From Oligoflexus sp. (GTDB lineage Bacteria > Bdellovibrionota_B > Oligoflexia > Oligoflexales > Oligoflexaceae): a stretch of 34,102 nt of DNA. Position 1 is the first letter of the stretch. The number at the start of each line of letters is the position of its first letter. Below, in pieces: positions 17,268 through 26,650 of this stretch. Both the position numbers and the translations under genes were made by a program. The notes beneath the pieces are model-generated. The model saw nothing but the letters and a program-made list of their open reading frames with translations, had not been told where the DNA came from and did no database searches. The stretch spans positions 1 through 34,102 of the forward strand of contig JBGSTX010000014.1 in the NCBI GenBank assembly GCA_041736305.1, given 5' to 3'.

Positions 17268-19145
17268 ATGCTACTCAGCAAAACCGAAGAAGAGATCATT
17301 TACCAGCTTGCTGAGAAGATCACAGGATCAAGTCAGCAGGGTCGTTGGCGGAAGACAGTGCTTCTACAGAATGTTGTAAGGAGAGTGAGCGCGCGTGGCT
17401 GCAGAAATCTCGCCGAGTATCTTGATCTTATTGCTCGTGATGACAAGGAATATCGACAGCTCGTCTCGGCTCTGACGATACATTTTACCAGCTGGTTTCG
17501 CGAATCTGAACATTTCGAGCTACTGTTCAAGGAAATCCTTGGCAAGCGCGAAGGTGAAACTATCAAGCCTCATATCCGCATCCTCAGTGCGGCCTGCTCG
17601 ACGGGCGAGGAAGTTTATTCGCTCGGCCTCTTCCTTGAAGCGAAAAGGCAAGCCCAAGAGATCAGCGACTATAGCATCGTCGGATTTGATTTAGATCCCC
17701 TCTCGGTAGCCACTGCGCAGCGCGCTGTTTACCCAGTAGAGAGAATGAACGATATTCCACCTTCGTACCGGCGGTTTTGTCTCGTCGGCAGTGGGCGCTC
17801 TGCGGGCCTGTTCACAGTCGATGGAGATATTCGCAATCGGATCAAACTCTTCGATGCTGATCTGCGCAAACTCAATCTTAAGCTTCCGGTTCAAGCAGAG
17901 ACGGCATTTGATGGTGTAATATGCCGTAATGTTTTGATTTATTTCGATGAATCTGGTGTGAGTTCGGTAGTTAAAAACCTCGCTGAGCGCCTTAAGCCCG
18001 GTGGGGTCCTTTGTCTGGGTCACAGCGAAGCGATCGATGCGAAGAAATTCGGGCTCGAGGCGCGTGGCCATGCGCTTTATCGTACTTCGAGCAACGTCGC
18101 CGGAATTTCGCCCAACAGCCTCGGTCGGGTCCTAGTCGTAGATGATTCCAATGTGGTGCGCAAAGTTCTGGCCTCCATCATCGCGCAGGCGGGACTCGAT
18201 GTGCATACAGTCGAGTCGGCAGCGGCGGCGACTCAGTTTCTGAGAGATCAAAAGGCTGACCTTATCACTCTCGATCTAAAAATGCCTGAACTCGATGGCC
18301 TTACTTGGTTGCGTGCCCAACGTCGCCAAGGAATGCGCTTGCCCGTTATTATCGTGAGCGATTCCCATCAAAGCGAGGCCGAAGACGTCCTGGGTGCCCT
18401 GACTGATGGTGCTCAAGACTATATTGAAAAGCGTGATCTCAGTGCTGATCCCAACAAAATAGGCGAAAAGATCAAAATGATCCTCCGCCATCAGATTGAA
18501 AAATCTCTGCCGAAAACTTCAGTTCTGCCAAGCAAGTCCCAAAAAGAGCTCTTGCGCGTCCGGCCTGAAATTATTCTTATAGGGGCTAGCACTGGCGGGA
18601 CGGAAGCTCTGGCTGCCCTTCTCCCCTTCATGCCGCCTGATTCACCCCCAGTCTTGATTGTCCAACATATCACGAGTGCCTTCGCTGCGGCTTTCACCCA
18701 GCGTTTAGCCCGTGTTTCGGGCTTAAAGCTTGGTGACATAACCCAGGATGCTCCTATCGAGAGGGGGCATATTTATCTGGCACAGGGCGACTACCATATC
18801 GGAGTGAAGAGAATGGGGGGTATGCTCAAGCTGGATATTTCTCACGCGCTACCCGAGCATTCGGTCCGGCCGGCTGTCGATTATCTCTTTCGTACAGCAG
18901 CCGCGGCTAAGGTTAAAGCCGTAGCAGCGGTACTAACCGGTATGGGCAAAGATGGAGCTCTCGGGCTCCTCGAATTGAAGAACAGCGGTTGCTTTACGAT
19001 GGCTCAAGACGAGACTTCTTCCGTGGTTTTTGGTATGCCGCGCGAAGCCTTAGCTATAGGTGCGGTGCAGGTGATGGGTGATCTCAAAACGCTCAGACGC
19101 GAACTCGATCTCTGCTTGGGATCCTCGCAGGCTAAAGCAGGCTGA
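17268..19145 (+). CDS. CheR methyltransferase - REC - CheB methylesterase fusion
   Basis: CheR: TSWFRE, SAACSTGEEVYSL, CRNVLIYFD, LGHSE. REC: VLVVDDS, DLKMPELDG. CheB: GASTGG, VQH, RPAVD, LTGMGKDG, VFGMP. Confidence 0.92.
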   Translation: MLLSKTEEEIIYQLAEKITGSSQQGRWRKTVLLQNVVRRVSARGCRNLAEYLDLIARDDKEYRQLVSALTIHFTSWFRESEHFELLFKEILGKREGETIKPHIRILSAACSTGEEVYSLGLFLEAKRQAQEISDYSIVGFDLDPLSVATAQRAVYPVERMNDIPPSYRRFCLVGSGRSAGLFTVDGDIRNRIKLFDADLRKLNLKLPVQAETAFDGVICRNVLIYFDESGVSSVVKNLAERLKPGGVLCLGHSEAIDAKKFGLEARGHALYRTSSNVAGISPNSLGRVLVVDDSNVVRKVLASIIAQAGLDVHTVESAAAATQFLRDQKADLITLDLKMPELDGLTWLRAQRRQGMRLPVIIVSDSHQSEAEDVLGALTDGAQDYIEKRDLSADPNKIGEKIKMILRHQIEKSLPKTSVLPSKSQKELLRVRPEIILIGASTGGTEALAALLPFMPPDSPPVLIVQHITSAFAAAFTQRLARVSGLKLGDITQDAPIERGHIYLAQGDYHIGVKRMGGMLKLDISHALPEHSVRPAVDYLFRTAAAAKVKAVAAVLTGMGKDGALGLLELKNSGCFTMAQDETSSVVFGMPREALAIGAVQVMGDLKTLRRELDLCLGSSQAKAG

Positions 19146-19153
19146 ACGCGATC

Positions 19154-19204
19154 TCATGCCTTAAGCGCCGCGCTACCATCATGCTTTAAGGTGCCGCGCT
19201 TCCA
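19154..19204. repeat. Imperfect tandem duplication of the hisIE 3' end
   Basis: TCATGCCTTAAG-CGCCGCGCTACCA (19154-19178) versus TCATGCTTTAAGGTGCCGCGCTTCCA (19179-19204). Confidence 0.75.
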
Positions 19205-19787
19205 GAAGAGCCTCAAGGTCTTTGAGGCCTAGACCACGCGAGCGCAAGAGGATCAAGAGATGGTATACAAGATCAGCCGACTCGCCTAACAGAGCCTGAT
19301 CGTCCGGATACTGCGCAGCCAGCGCTACTTCTACCCCTTCTTCCCCAACTTTTTGAGCCATACGCAGCGCGCCCGCTTCGAAGAGACTGGTCGAATACGA
19401 TTTCTCCGGGCGCTCGCGGTAGCGTTGCTCGATAAGGCTATCGAGCTGGTCTAGGAAGCGCTGAGACGGGCGCCTTTGACCCCAGCAAGTGTCGCTTCCG
19501 GTGTGACAGGTAGGGCCTTGGGGTTCAACAGTTAATAGTAAGGCATCGCCATCGCAGTCCAGCCGCAGGTCTTTAAGTTTTAATATGTTGCCCGAAGTCT
19601 CACCTTTGGTCCAAAGCCGCTGCCGACTTCGGCTGTAAAAGGTCACGCGCTGCGTACTGAGGGTGAGTTGAAGAGCTTCGGCATTCATAAAACCCAGCAT
19701 CAGGACCGAATTATCTCTTTCGTCTTGGACGATGGCAGCCACGAGCCCATCGCCTTTGCTCCAGTCAATTTTCTCTATATTTATCAT
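19179..19787 (-). CDS. hisIE: Bifunctional phosphoribosyl-AMP cyclohydrolase / phosphoribosyl-ATP pyrophosphatase
   Basis: [46 protein letters not shown]. Confidence 0.97.
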   Translation of the reverse strand: MINIEKIDWSKGDGLVAAIVQDERDNSVLMLGFMNAEALQLTLSTQRVTFYSRSRQRLWTKGETSGNILKLKDLRLDCDGDALLLTVEPQGPTCHTGSDTCWGQRRPSQRFLDQLDSLIEQRYRERPEKSYSTSLFEAGALRMAQKVGEEGVEVALAAQYPDDQALLGESADLVYHLLILLRSRGLGLKDLEALLEARHLKA

Positions 19788-20551
19788 AGCCGCATCACCA
19801 ATCCTTTGTCGTCGAGAGCGTATTTAAGCTCGGGTATACTGATTTCACCACGGTGAAAGACGCCAGCAGCCAGAGCCGCGTCGACCTCGGCTTCGGTAAA
19901 TGCCCGATAGAAATCTTCCATCTGGCCAGCTCCACCCGAAGCTACCAGAGGTACTTTGCAAAGGGCGCGAACGGCCTTCAGCTGGTCTATATCATAGCCC
20001 TTCTTGGTCCCGTCGGACCCCATGCAGTTGAGTACGATCTCGCCCGCTCCCCGTTCTTGCACTTCCTGCACCCAAGCCAGTGTGCTCCGACCGGCACTGC
20101 GCGCCGTTTTCTCGCTGCCTGTGTACTGCCAGATTTGGTAGCTGCCGTTCTCGAAGCTCGAATCGATGCCAATCACTACGCACTGACTGCCGAAGGCCGC
20201 GGCCAATTCGTTAATCAACTGAGGGCGTTCGATGGCCGGCGAGTTGATAGAGACTTTATCGGCACCAGCGTGCAAGACCCGCCGCGCATCGGCTACCGAT
20301 CTGATGCCACCTGCGACGCAAAATGGAATATCGAGAACCTTTGCGGTATCTTCGATCCAGCGACAGTCGACCGTGCGGTCTTCGGCACTGGCTGTAATAT
20401 CATAGAATACAAGCTCGTCCGCGCCGGCGTCACGATAGCGCTTGGCCAGATCCAAAATACTGCCAAGGTCAACGTGATCCCGGAATTTGACTCCTTTGAC
20501 AACGCGTCCATCCCGAACGTCGAGACAAGGTATGATGCGTTTGGCTAGCAT
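19784..20551 (-). CDS. hisF: Imidazole glycerol phosphate synthase cyclase subunit
   Basis: [48 protein letters not shown]. Confidence 0.97.
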   Translation of the reverse strand: MLAKRIIPCLDVRDGRVVKGVKFRDHVDLGSILDLAKRYRDAGADELVFYDITASAEDRTVDCRWIEDTAKVLDIPFCVAGGIRSVADARRVLHAGADKVSINSPAIERPQLINELAAAFGSQCVVIGIDSSFENGSYQIWQYTGSEKTARSAGRSTLAWVQEVQERGAGEIVLNCMGSDGTKKGYDIDQLKAVRALCKVPLVASGGAGQMEDFYRAFTEAEVDAALAAGVFHRGEISIPELKYALDDKGLVMRL

Positions 20552-21273
20552 TGGAGAGCCTCCTCAAGTCTGATTTTACCCTCGTAAAGAGCCTTGCCGA
20601 TGATGGCCCCGCCTATGCCATGGGTTTTGAGTTGCTGGAGGTCAGCCAGGCTGCTGACTCCGCCCGAAGCCAACCAGCAGAGCTCTGGTCGGGCGGTTTG
20701 CAGTTTTTGATAGAGCTCTACATGAGGTCCCTGCATCATCCCGTCTCGACCGATGTCGGTGCAGAGCACCTGTTCTAGCCCGACGTCCCTATAGCGATCG
20801 ACCAGCTCTAGTGCCGTTAAAGACGAGAGCTCGCGCCATCCTTCGCTTGCTACGCGCGCTTCACCTGTGGAATCGAGGAGCACATCGAGACCGAGGGTGA
20901 GGCGAGCGCCCCCAAACTCGCGGAAAAGGGCCAACGTGAGTTCGGTATTTTTCACCGCGAGACTGCCGAGGACCACTCGCTCGACTCCGGCGCTAAGAAG
21001 GCGTTCAACGTCAGCAGCACTACGGACGCCACCACCGACTTGCAGCTTGAGACCAGACTTCCGGGCAAGCTCTTCCAGCAGGGGCGTCTGCTGCGTCTGT
21101 CCGCTCTTAGCACCATCGAGGTCAACCACGTGGAGAAGCTTAGCGCCTTTCTGCCCAAAATCGCTGGCGACCGCCAAAGGATCGTCATGATAAGTAGTCT
21201 GAGATTCGAAACGTCCTTGGCTGAGCCGCACGACCTTGCCGCCAATCAAATCTATGGCTGGATATATTTTCAT
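20545..21273 (-). CDS. hisA: ProFAR isomerase
   Basis: [42 protein letters not shown]. Confidence 0.97.
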   Translation of the reverse strand: MKIYPAIDLIGGKVVRLSQGRFESQTTYHDDPLAVASDFGQKGAKLLHVVDLDGAKSGQTQQTPLLEELARKSGLKLQVGGGVRSAADVERLLSAGVERVVLGSLAVKNTELTLALFREFGGARLTLGLDVLLDSTGEARVASEGWRELSSLTALELVDRYRDVGLEQVLCTDIGRDGMMQGPHVELYQKLQTARPELCWLASGGVSSLADLQQLKTHGIGGAIIGKALYEGKIRLEEALQC

Positions 21274-21860
21274 AATTCTAAAAAATTCCTCAGCATGGCC
21301 AATCCCACAGGTCCCGACCGTTCGGGGTGGAATTGAGTTCCGAAATAGTTGTCGCGTGAGACCACGGCGGGGATGGTTTCGCCATAAGAAGTGCTTGCCC
21401 GCGTCTCGGTGCTCAAAGGAGTCCGATAACTGTGTACGAAGTAGACTCGGTCGCCCGAGAAAATCCCGCGTAGAAGAGGTGAGCTTGGATCGATCAGCTC
21501 GATCGTGTTCCAGCCCATATGGGGTAGGGCCAGTCCGGGGCTTTCGCGAATTTTCTCGACGCGTCCGGGAAGTATACCGAGACCCTCACAGTCACCTTCT
21601 TCGGTGGATTCGAAAAGAATCTGCATACCGAGGCAGATGCCGAGGACGGGTTGTCGAAGGGACCGCAAGAGGGGCGGCAGTCCGAGCACTTCCAGACGCT
21701 CCATACAGGCCTGGGCATGACCAACGCCGGGGAGGATCACGTGCGAAGCTCGGGCAATGACTTCCGGATCACTGCTCGTCACATAGCGGAGATCGAGTCG
21801 TTCTATCGCATTCGCAACGGAGCTGATATTGGCGACGGCCGTGTCGATGATGGCTATCAT
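21270..21860 (-). CDS. hisH: Imidazole glycerol phosphate synthase glutaminase subunit
   Basis: ILPGVG, LGICLGMQ, PHMGWN, YFVHSY, QFHPERS. Confidence 0.97.
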   Translation of the reverse strand: MIAIIDTAVANISSVANAIERLDLRYVTSSDPEVIARASHVILPGVGHAQACMERLEVLGLPPLLRSLRQPVLGICLGMQILFESTEEGDCEGLGILPGRVEKIRESPGLALPHMGWNTIELIDPSSPLLRGIFSGDRVYFVHSYRTPLSTETRASTSYGETIPAVVSRDNYFGTQFHPERSGPVGLAMLRNFLEL

Positions 21861-22921
21861 AGGATCCCCTTAGTGGTCGGCAAATCGTAGCCGGATTCTT
21901 TCCGGATGGCCTGCTTGAGAGTGCGGGCAAAAGCTTTGAAGATACCCTCGATGATGTGGTGATCGTTCTGACCCTGCGCTGCGATGTGGAGGTTGGCTCC
22001 AAGAGTTTCAGCCAGGGAGCGGAAAAAGTGGGGGACCATCTCCGTCGCCAGTTCACCGACGCGTTCCCTCTTAAAACTCACATCCCAGACGGCAAAGGGT
22101 CGTCCACCGAGATCGAGGAGGACCTTGGCCTCGGCCTCGTCCATGGGTAAAGCAAAGCCGTAGCGCTGAATGCTGCGCTTATCGCCGAGGGCCCGTTTGA
22201 GAGCCTCCCCTAAGACCAGACCCAGATCTTCGACGCTGTGATGCTCGTCGATATGAAGATCGCCTTTTACGCTTACCTGCAAGGATATTCCCGCATGCTT
22301 AGCGAGCTGCTCGAGCATATGATCGAGAAAACCGATGCCCGTAGCTATGGACAGAGGCCCGTTTCGATCCAGGTTCACGGCTACCTTGATTTCGGTTTCC
22401 TTACTCTTGCGCACGACTTCCGCGGTTCGTCCCGAGCGGAGTAGGGCGCTAGTGATATCTGCCCAAGAGCTATATTCAGGCCCGACCCGAAAAGCCTTCA
22501 GTCCCATATTTTCTGCTAGTTCGAGATCGCTCGGGCGATCGCCGATGACAGCCGAACGCTCGCGATCCCAATTGGTATCACGCAGGTAGGGAAGAACCAG
22601 ACCCAGCCGAGGTTTGCGACAGTCGCAGCGATCGGCCGGAAGGTGCGGACAGATCAGGATCGACTCGAAGCGAATACCCTGCGACGCTAGCAGATCGACG
22701 ATGAAGGACTGGCAAAGCTCAAAATCTGCTTGTGGAAAACTGGCTGTGCCGAGCCCGTCTTGATTACTGATCATGACTAGCTCATAACCGGCAGCACTCA
22801 TTTCCAAGAGGGCGGGGATTACCCCTTCCACCAAGCGGATTTTGTCCAGGCGATCGACCTGCTGATCAGGCGGCTCTTGGCAAATCGTGCCATCTCTATC
22901 GACAAAAAGTATCTTACGCAT
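21857..22921 (-). CDS. hisB: Bifunctional histidinol-phosphatase / imidazoleglycerol-phosphate dehydratase
   Basis: HAD motif FVDRDGT, NQDGLG, CDCRKP; IGPD motifs FLDHML, GDLHIDEHHSVED, NDHHIIE; ATG at 22921. Confidence 0.96.
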   Translation of the reverse strand: MRKILFVDRDGTICQEPPDQQVDRLDKIRLVEGVIPALLEMSAAGYELVMISNQDGLGTASFPQADFELCQSFIVDLLASQGIRFESILICPHLPADRCDCRKPRLGLVLPYLRDTNWDRERSAVIGDRPSDLELAENMGLKAFRVGPEYSSWADITSALLRSGRTAEVVRKSKETEIKVAVNLDRNGPLSIATGIGFLDHMLEQLAKHAGISLQVSVKGDLHIDEHHSVEDLGLVLGEALKRALGDKRSIQRYGFALPMDEAEAKVLLDLGGRPFAVWDVSFKRERVGELATEMVPHFFRSLAETLGANLHIAAQGQNDHHIIEGIFKAFARTLKQAIRKESGYDLPTTKGIL

Positions 22922-22923
22922 TT

Positions 22924-24234
22924 TCAAAGCCTTTCTTCGGGTCGAAGGCGAATCGCTACGGCGCGTCTGTGCGCCTCTAAACCTTCCAGTCGAGCGAGTT
23001 CTTCGATAGCTGGGCCGAGGGCTGCTAGACCCTCACGAGAGAGATGCTGGAAGGTGATGTGCTTGGTAAAGGATTCCAGAGACAGACCACTGTAGCTGCG
23101 CGCGTAACCGTGGGTCGGGAGTACGTGATTGGTTCCACTCGCATAGTCGCCAGCAGACTCAGGCGACCAGGGGCCAAGGAAGACAGACCCAGCATTTTGC
23201 ACTTTTCGGGCCCAAACTTCCGGTTCTTCGACCTGTAGTATAAGGTGCTCGGGAGCGTAGGCATCGCTGATGCTGAGCGCTTCCTGGAGATTCGCAGCGA
23301 TAATGCAGCGGCTCTGCTTGAGCGCCTCACGAGCCAGCTCCTGCCGCGGCAAAGATTTGACTTGCTCTTCGACGGCAGCCTGAACGGCCGTGGCCATCTT
23401 GCGTGAAGTACTTACAAGGATCACCTGGGAATCGCTGCCGTGTTCGGCCTGCGAAAGTAAATCGGCGGCAACCCATGTTGGATCGGCTTTGTCATCGGCG
23501 ATAACGAGGACTTCTGAGGGGCCTGCCGGCATATCGATAGCCGCGCCTCGCGCATCACCAGCAACCTGGAGTTTGGCCTCGGTTACCCAGGAGTTGCCGG
23601 GTCCGAATATTTTATCAACTTTAGGTATAGTCTCAGTCCCATAGGCGAGGGCGGCAATGGCCTGAGCGCCTCCGACTTTGAAAATACGCTCGATCCCGCA
23701 AAGCTCGGCAGCCATGAGTATGACGGGGTGCATCGATCCATCCTTCTGCGGAGGACTGCAGAGAATGCGCTGCGCGTTCCCGGCGATGCTGGACGGTACC
23801 CCGAGCATCAGCACTGTAGACGGTAGAGGGGCAGAACCCCCTGGGATATAAAAGCCGACTTTTTCTATGGCCCGCGTTTCCCGGTAACAGCGGACACCCG
23901 GCATGGTAGGGAGTTCGATCCGCTTTGTTATCTGCTGACGGTGAAAGCGTTCGATATTCTCTTTAGCTAGATTAAGCGCTGCGATAGTTGCCGGACTGAC
24001 TTTCTCACGGGCGGCAAGCTTCTCCGCAGGACTGACTTCCATAGCCTCAGGCGCCAGAACCACTCCATCGAATCTTTGGGTAAAGGCGCGAAGGGCAGCG
24101 TCGCCTTCACTTTGAACGGCACCCAAGATGGCCCTCACGCCTTCGCGGAGCTGAGCGCTGGTATCGCTGACCGGGCGGTCGAGGATCGCTTTTTGTTCTT
24201 CAGGGCTAGATTCTTCCCAAACCATCCACTGCAT
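22924..24234 (-). CDS. hisD: Histidinol dehydrogenase
   Basis: YIPGG, GGAQAIAALAYGT, IDMPAGPSE, DLLSQAEH, APEHL, GDYASGTNHVLPT. Confidence 0.97.
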   Translation of the reverse strand: MQWMVWEESSPEEQKAILDRPVSDTSAQLREGVRAILGAVQSEGDAALRAFTQRFDGVVLAPEAMEVSPAEKLAAREKVSPATIAALNLAKENIERFHRQQITKRIELPTMPGVRCYRETRAIEKVGFYIPGGSAPLPSTVLMLGVPSSIAGNAQRILCSPPQKDGSMHPVILMAAELCGIERIFKVGGAQAIAALAYGTETIPKVDKIFGPGNSWVTEAKLQVAGDARGAAIDMPAGPSEVLVIADDKADPTWVAADLLSQAEHGSDSQVILVSTSRKMATAVQAAVEEQVKSLPRQELAREALKQSRCIIAANLQEALSISDAYAPEHLILQVEEPEVWARKVQNAGSVFLGPWSPESAGDYASGTNHVLPTHGYARSYSGLSLESFTKHITFQHLSREGLAALGPAIEELARLEGLEAHRRAVAIRLRPEERL

Positions 24235-24249
24235 GAGATGGCCTCCTCT

Positions 24250-25152
24250 TTATTGGATAATTTTTTCGATCGGCATGACCAGAATCGAGCTGGCTCCGGC
24301 TTCCTGAAGTTTTTCTATCGTCTCCCAAAAAACATCTTCTTTGGCCACGGCGTGGATTGCGACCTTGCCTTCGTCGTACATCAGAGGCATAACGGTCGGC
24401 TTCTCCATGCCCGGAATCAGCTGGGAGATGCGATAAATGGCTTCTTTAGGAGCGTTCATCATGATGTATTTAGCGTTGCGAGCTCGTTGCAGGCCATCGA
24501 TGCGATCGACCAGTCGTTGAATCAGCTGCTCATGTTCGTCGCTCAAGCGACGGCGAGGACGGACCAGCACCGCTTCGCTTTCGAGCAGGGTAGTCGTTGC
24601 CCGCAGACCGTTTGATTCGAGCGTAGCTCCAGACGAAACCAGATCGCAGACGGCGTCGGCGATTCCAATAGAAGGGGCAAGTTCAACAGAACCGGTCATT
24701 TCCACGATGCTGGCTTGAATGTCGTGCTCGTCTAGGAAACGCTGAAGTATGTGCGGGTATGAAGTCGCGATCCGTTTGCCCTGATAGCTGCTCAATCCAT
24801 CGAAGGGGGCTGACTTGGGAATAGCTAGAGCCAGGCGGCAACGGCCAAATCCGAGGCGGCGGACGATTTCAACGGGACCTTCGCCGTCTCGAATGCGGCC
24901 TAGCTTTTCCTCGAGCACATTGAGGCCAACAACGCCCAGTTGAGAAACCTGATTTTTCACGAAGCCAGGAATGTCGTCGTCACGCACGAGCATCAGATCG
25001 AGAGGCTGCTCTTTCGCGCGGGCGACCAGACGGTCGCTTCTGAACTCGAAGCTGATTCCCGATTTGACGAGGAGTTCACGGCATTTTTCACTCAGACGAC
25101 CAGATTTTTGTATCGCCAAGCGCAGGTAAGGTTGAGTTGGACGTTCGTTCAT
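24250..25152 (-). CDS. hisG: ATP phosphoribosyltransferase, long form
   Basis: LRLAIQKSGRL, VRDDDIP, RIATSYP, GSVELAP, CDLVSSGATL, C-terminal regulatory domain. Confidence 0.97.
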   Translation of the reverse strand: MNERPTQPYLRLAIQKSGRLSEKCRELLVKSGISFEFRSDRLVARAKEQPLDLMLVRDDDIPGFVKNQVSQLGVVGLNVLEEKLGRIRDGEGPVEIVRRLGFGRCRLALAIPKSAPFDGLSSYQGKRIATSYPHILQRFLDEHDIQASIVEMTGSVELAPSIGIADAVCDLVSSGATLESNGLRATTTLLESEAVLVRPRRRLSDEHEQLIQRLVDRIDGLQRARNAKYIMMNAPKEAIYRISQLIPGMEKPTVMPLMYDEGKVAIHAVAKEDVFWETIEKLQEAGASSILVMPIEKIIQ

Positions 25153-25463
25153 GGCTTTTCCTTTTTTGGTCGCTTAAGGACGGCTCGATAGCCCTCGGCT
25201 CCATATGTCAGTGCACGCGCGACACGCGTAATTGTGGCCGTGCTGACACCAGTCTTTTCATTGATGAGGCGGTAGGAGAGCCCTTCTTCGATCAGCTGAG
25301 CCACTCGCCAGCGATCGGCCATGGAGCGCAATTCGGCTGGTGTGCAGAGATCGTTGAAAAAATTCTCGAATTCCTCTGGGTTGCGGAGTTGAGCCAAGGT
25401 CTCAAAAAGATCTTTTAGGTAACGCTGGTCCCAGTGTTCGCTAGTTTTTCCACTCTGTGCCAT
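25149..25463 (-). CDS. YerC/YecD TrpR-like repressor (HisR)
   Basis: FFNDLCTPAELRSMADRW, SYRLINEKTGVSTATITRVARAL, GYR; first gene of the his operon with ATGA overlap to hisG. Confidence 0.92.
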   Translation of the reverse strand: MAQSGKTSEHWDQRYLKDLFETLAQLRNPEEFENFFNDLCTPAELRSMADRWRVAQLIEEGLSYRLINEKTGVSTATITRVARALTYGAEGYRAVLKRPKKEKP

Positions 25464-25478
25464 CGTCTAACTCCGCTC

Positions 25479-25498
25479 TGTTTTAGTCTGCTAAAACA
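25479..25498. promoter_or_regulatory. Palindromic operator, likely HisR/YerC site
   Basis: TGTTTTAG-tctg-CTAAAACA, perfect 8-bp arms, between the promoter and the yerC start. Confidence 0.8.
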
Positions 25499-25503
25499 TT
25501 AGC

Positions 25504-25532
25504 GTGATAGCACTGTTGAAAGTGAAGGACAA
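25504..25532 (-). promoter_or_regulatory. Sigma70-type promoter of the his operon
   Basis: Minus strand TTGTCC-N17-TATCAC with extended TG. Confidence 0.5.
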
Positions 25533-25696
25533 GGCTTATTAGGCCAGGGGAAATCAATGCGTCATTTGGAGAGGGTTTTGGCGATGGAGCCTGAGCTTTT
25601 AGAAGTCGAAGCAAAAAAAATGGGCTAGCAAATGTCAGTAAAGTTGTTTAGTAGAGCGGTTGCGCTGTTTTTCATCTTGAAAAGGATCCTACGCAA

Positions 25697-25960
25697 ATGA
25701 AAAATTTCCTTGTCGTTCTCGGTCTTTCGGCAGTAGCGATGGCCGGCAAGTGTTCCAACAACGCTCCTGAAAAATCCAAAGAAAGCGGTGAACAATCATC
25801 GGAAGAATTTCCTGTAAAAGAAGATTCACAAGTTCCAACGGAAGAAGTTCCTGCTTATGAAAACCAGGAAGAAACTCCGAGCACAATTTCTCCGGATGCG
25901 ACTCCAGCTCCAACCGAAACCCCAGGACCGAACGAAGGTAGCAAAGCTCCAGGCAACTGA
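25697..25960 (+). CDS. Small acidic, Pro/Glu-rich exported protein (possible lipoprotein)
   Basis: AAGGA RBS; signal MKNFLVVLGLSAVAMAGK-C; low-complexity tail; downstream hairpin. Confidence 0.65.
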   Translation: MKNFLVVLGLSAVAMAGKCSNNAPEKSKESGEQSSEEFPVKEDSQVPTEEVPAYENQEETPSTISPDATPAPTETPGPNEGSKAPGN

Positions 25961-25967
25961 AGCTAAA

Positions 25968-25995
25968 ACCAGACCCCTGCTGAGGTCTGGTCTTT
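25968..25995 (+). terminator. Terminator-like hairpin
   Basis: ACCAGACC-N8-GGTCTGGT followed by CTTT; weak U tract. Confidence 0.5.
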
Positions 25996-26034
25996 GTCCT
26001 TACGGAAAACAAAGACTTTTGCCAAGGAGGCGTC

Positions 26035-26277
26035 ATGCAGAGTGATAACGTATTAGCACATGAAGCCACGGATGTGAGCGAAGAAAAATATTTTCGAAGA
26101 TTGATCGCTCAGTTTCATAAAACTCTTCCTAAAATCCGTCGTACCGAAGTCGCTGAAGTACTTGAGCAGGCTTGGGTCGATGGACAGCTTGAAACCACTG
26201 CGCGCATGCTGGCCAGCTCGAGACCTGATTTGTATGACGAAATTATGAAAGCTCGACACGAATTTGAGCAGTGGTAA
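26035..26277 (+). CDS. Small hypothetical helical protein (80 aa)
   Basis: AAGGAGG RBS at 26024-26030; amphipathic helical composition; followed by a terminator. Confidence 0.7.
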   Translation: MQSDNVLAHEATDVSEEKYFRRLIAQFHKTLPKIRRTEVAEVLEQAWVDGQLETTARMLASSRPDLYDEIMKARHEFEQW

Positions 26278-26308
26278 CGATCACTTTGACAGAAACTTGG
26301 TATATGTG

Positions 26309-26341
26309 GTGCCGTGTGCATAAAGCATGCGGCATTTTTTT
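26309..26341 (+). terminator. Rho-independent terminator
   Basis: TGCCGTGTGC-ataaa-GCATGCGGCA followed by T7. Confidence 0.8.
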
Positions 26342-26650
26342 ATGAACTTCCCCTACCTCTTTAACCGTGACCCCACCCTTTTCCTTAGAAGCCTGAAACC
26401 CTTATAGCGGCGATCGTTGCGGGCTACTGAGGCGTTTCTCCCGCCAGGTCTGGCTGACCAAGTGTAGTGAAATTGATGCAATGCAAACGAGCTGCTTCTG
26501 CTTAAAGATGTGCAAATCCCTTTGTCTGATGGCTAATGAACATGTATTACAATTGCTGGAAACGTCCACCATATCTTGCAATGACGTTCGCCTAATTGAT
26601 CTTTACCCGATCGAAGTTTCTCCGTTGCTGATTTCTCGAGAGGTTGTTTG

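Noticed and set aside
19853..20548. 231-aa plus-strand ORF opposite hisF (similar ones opposite hisH and hisD/hisG)
   Set aside because: Codon-symmetric shadow ORFs of conserved GC-rich genes
25464..25696. His leader peptide or attenuator
   Set aside because: No His-codon run or terminator/antiterminator pair; the operator explains regulation
26342..26650. ROK operator or riboswitch upstream of the ROK gene
   Set aside because: No convincing palindrome or recognisable aptamer by eye; an Rfam scan would be needed
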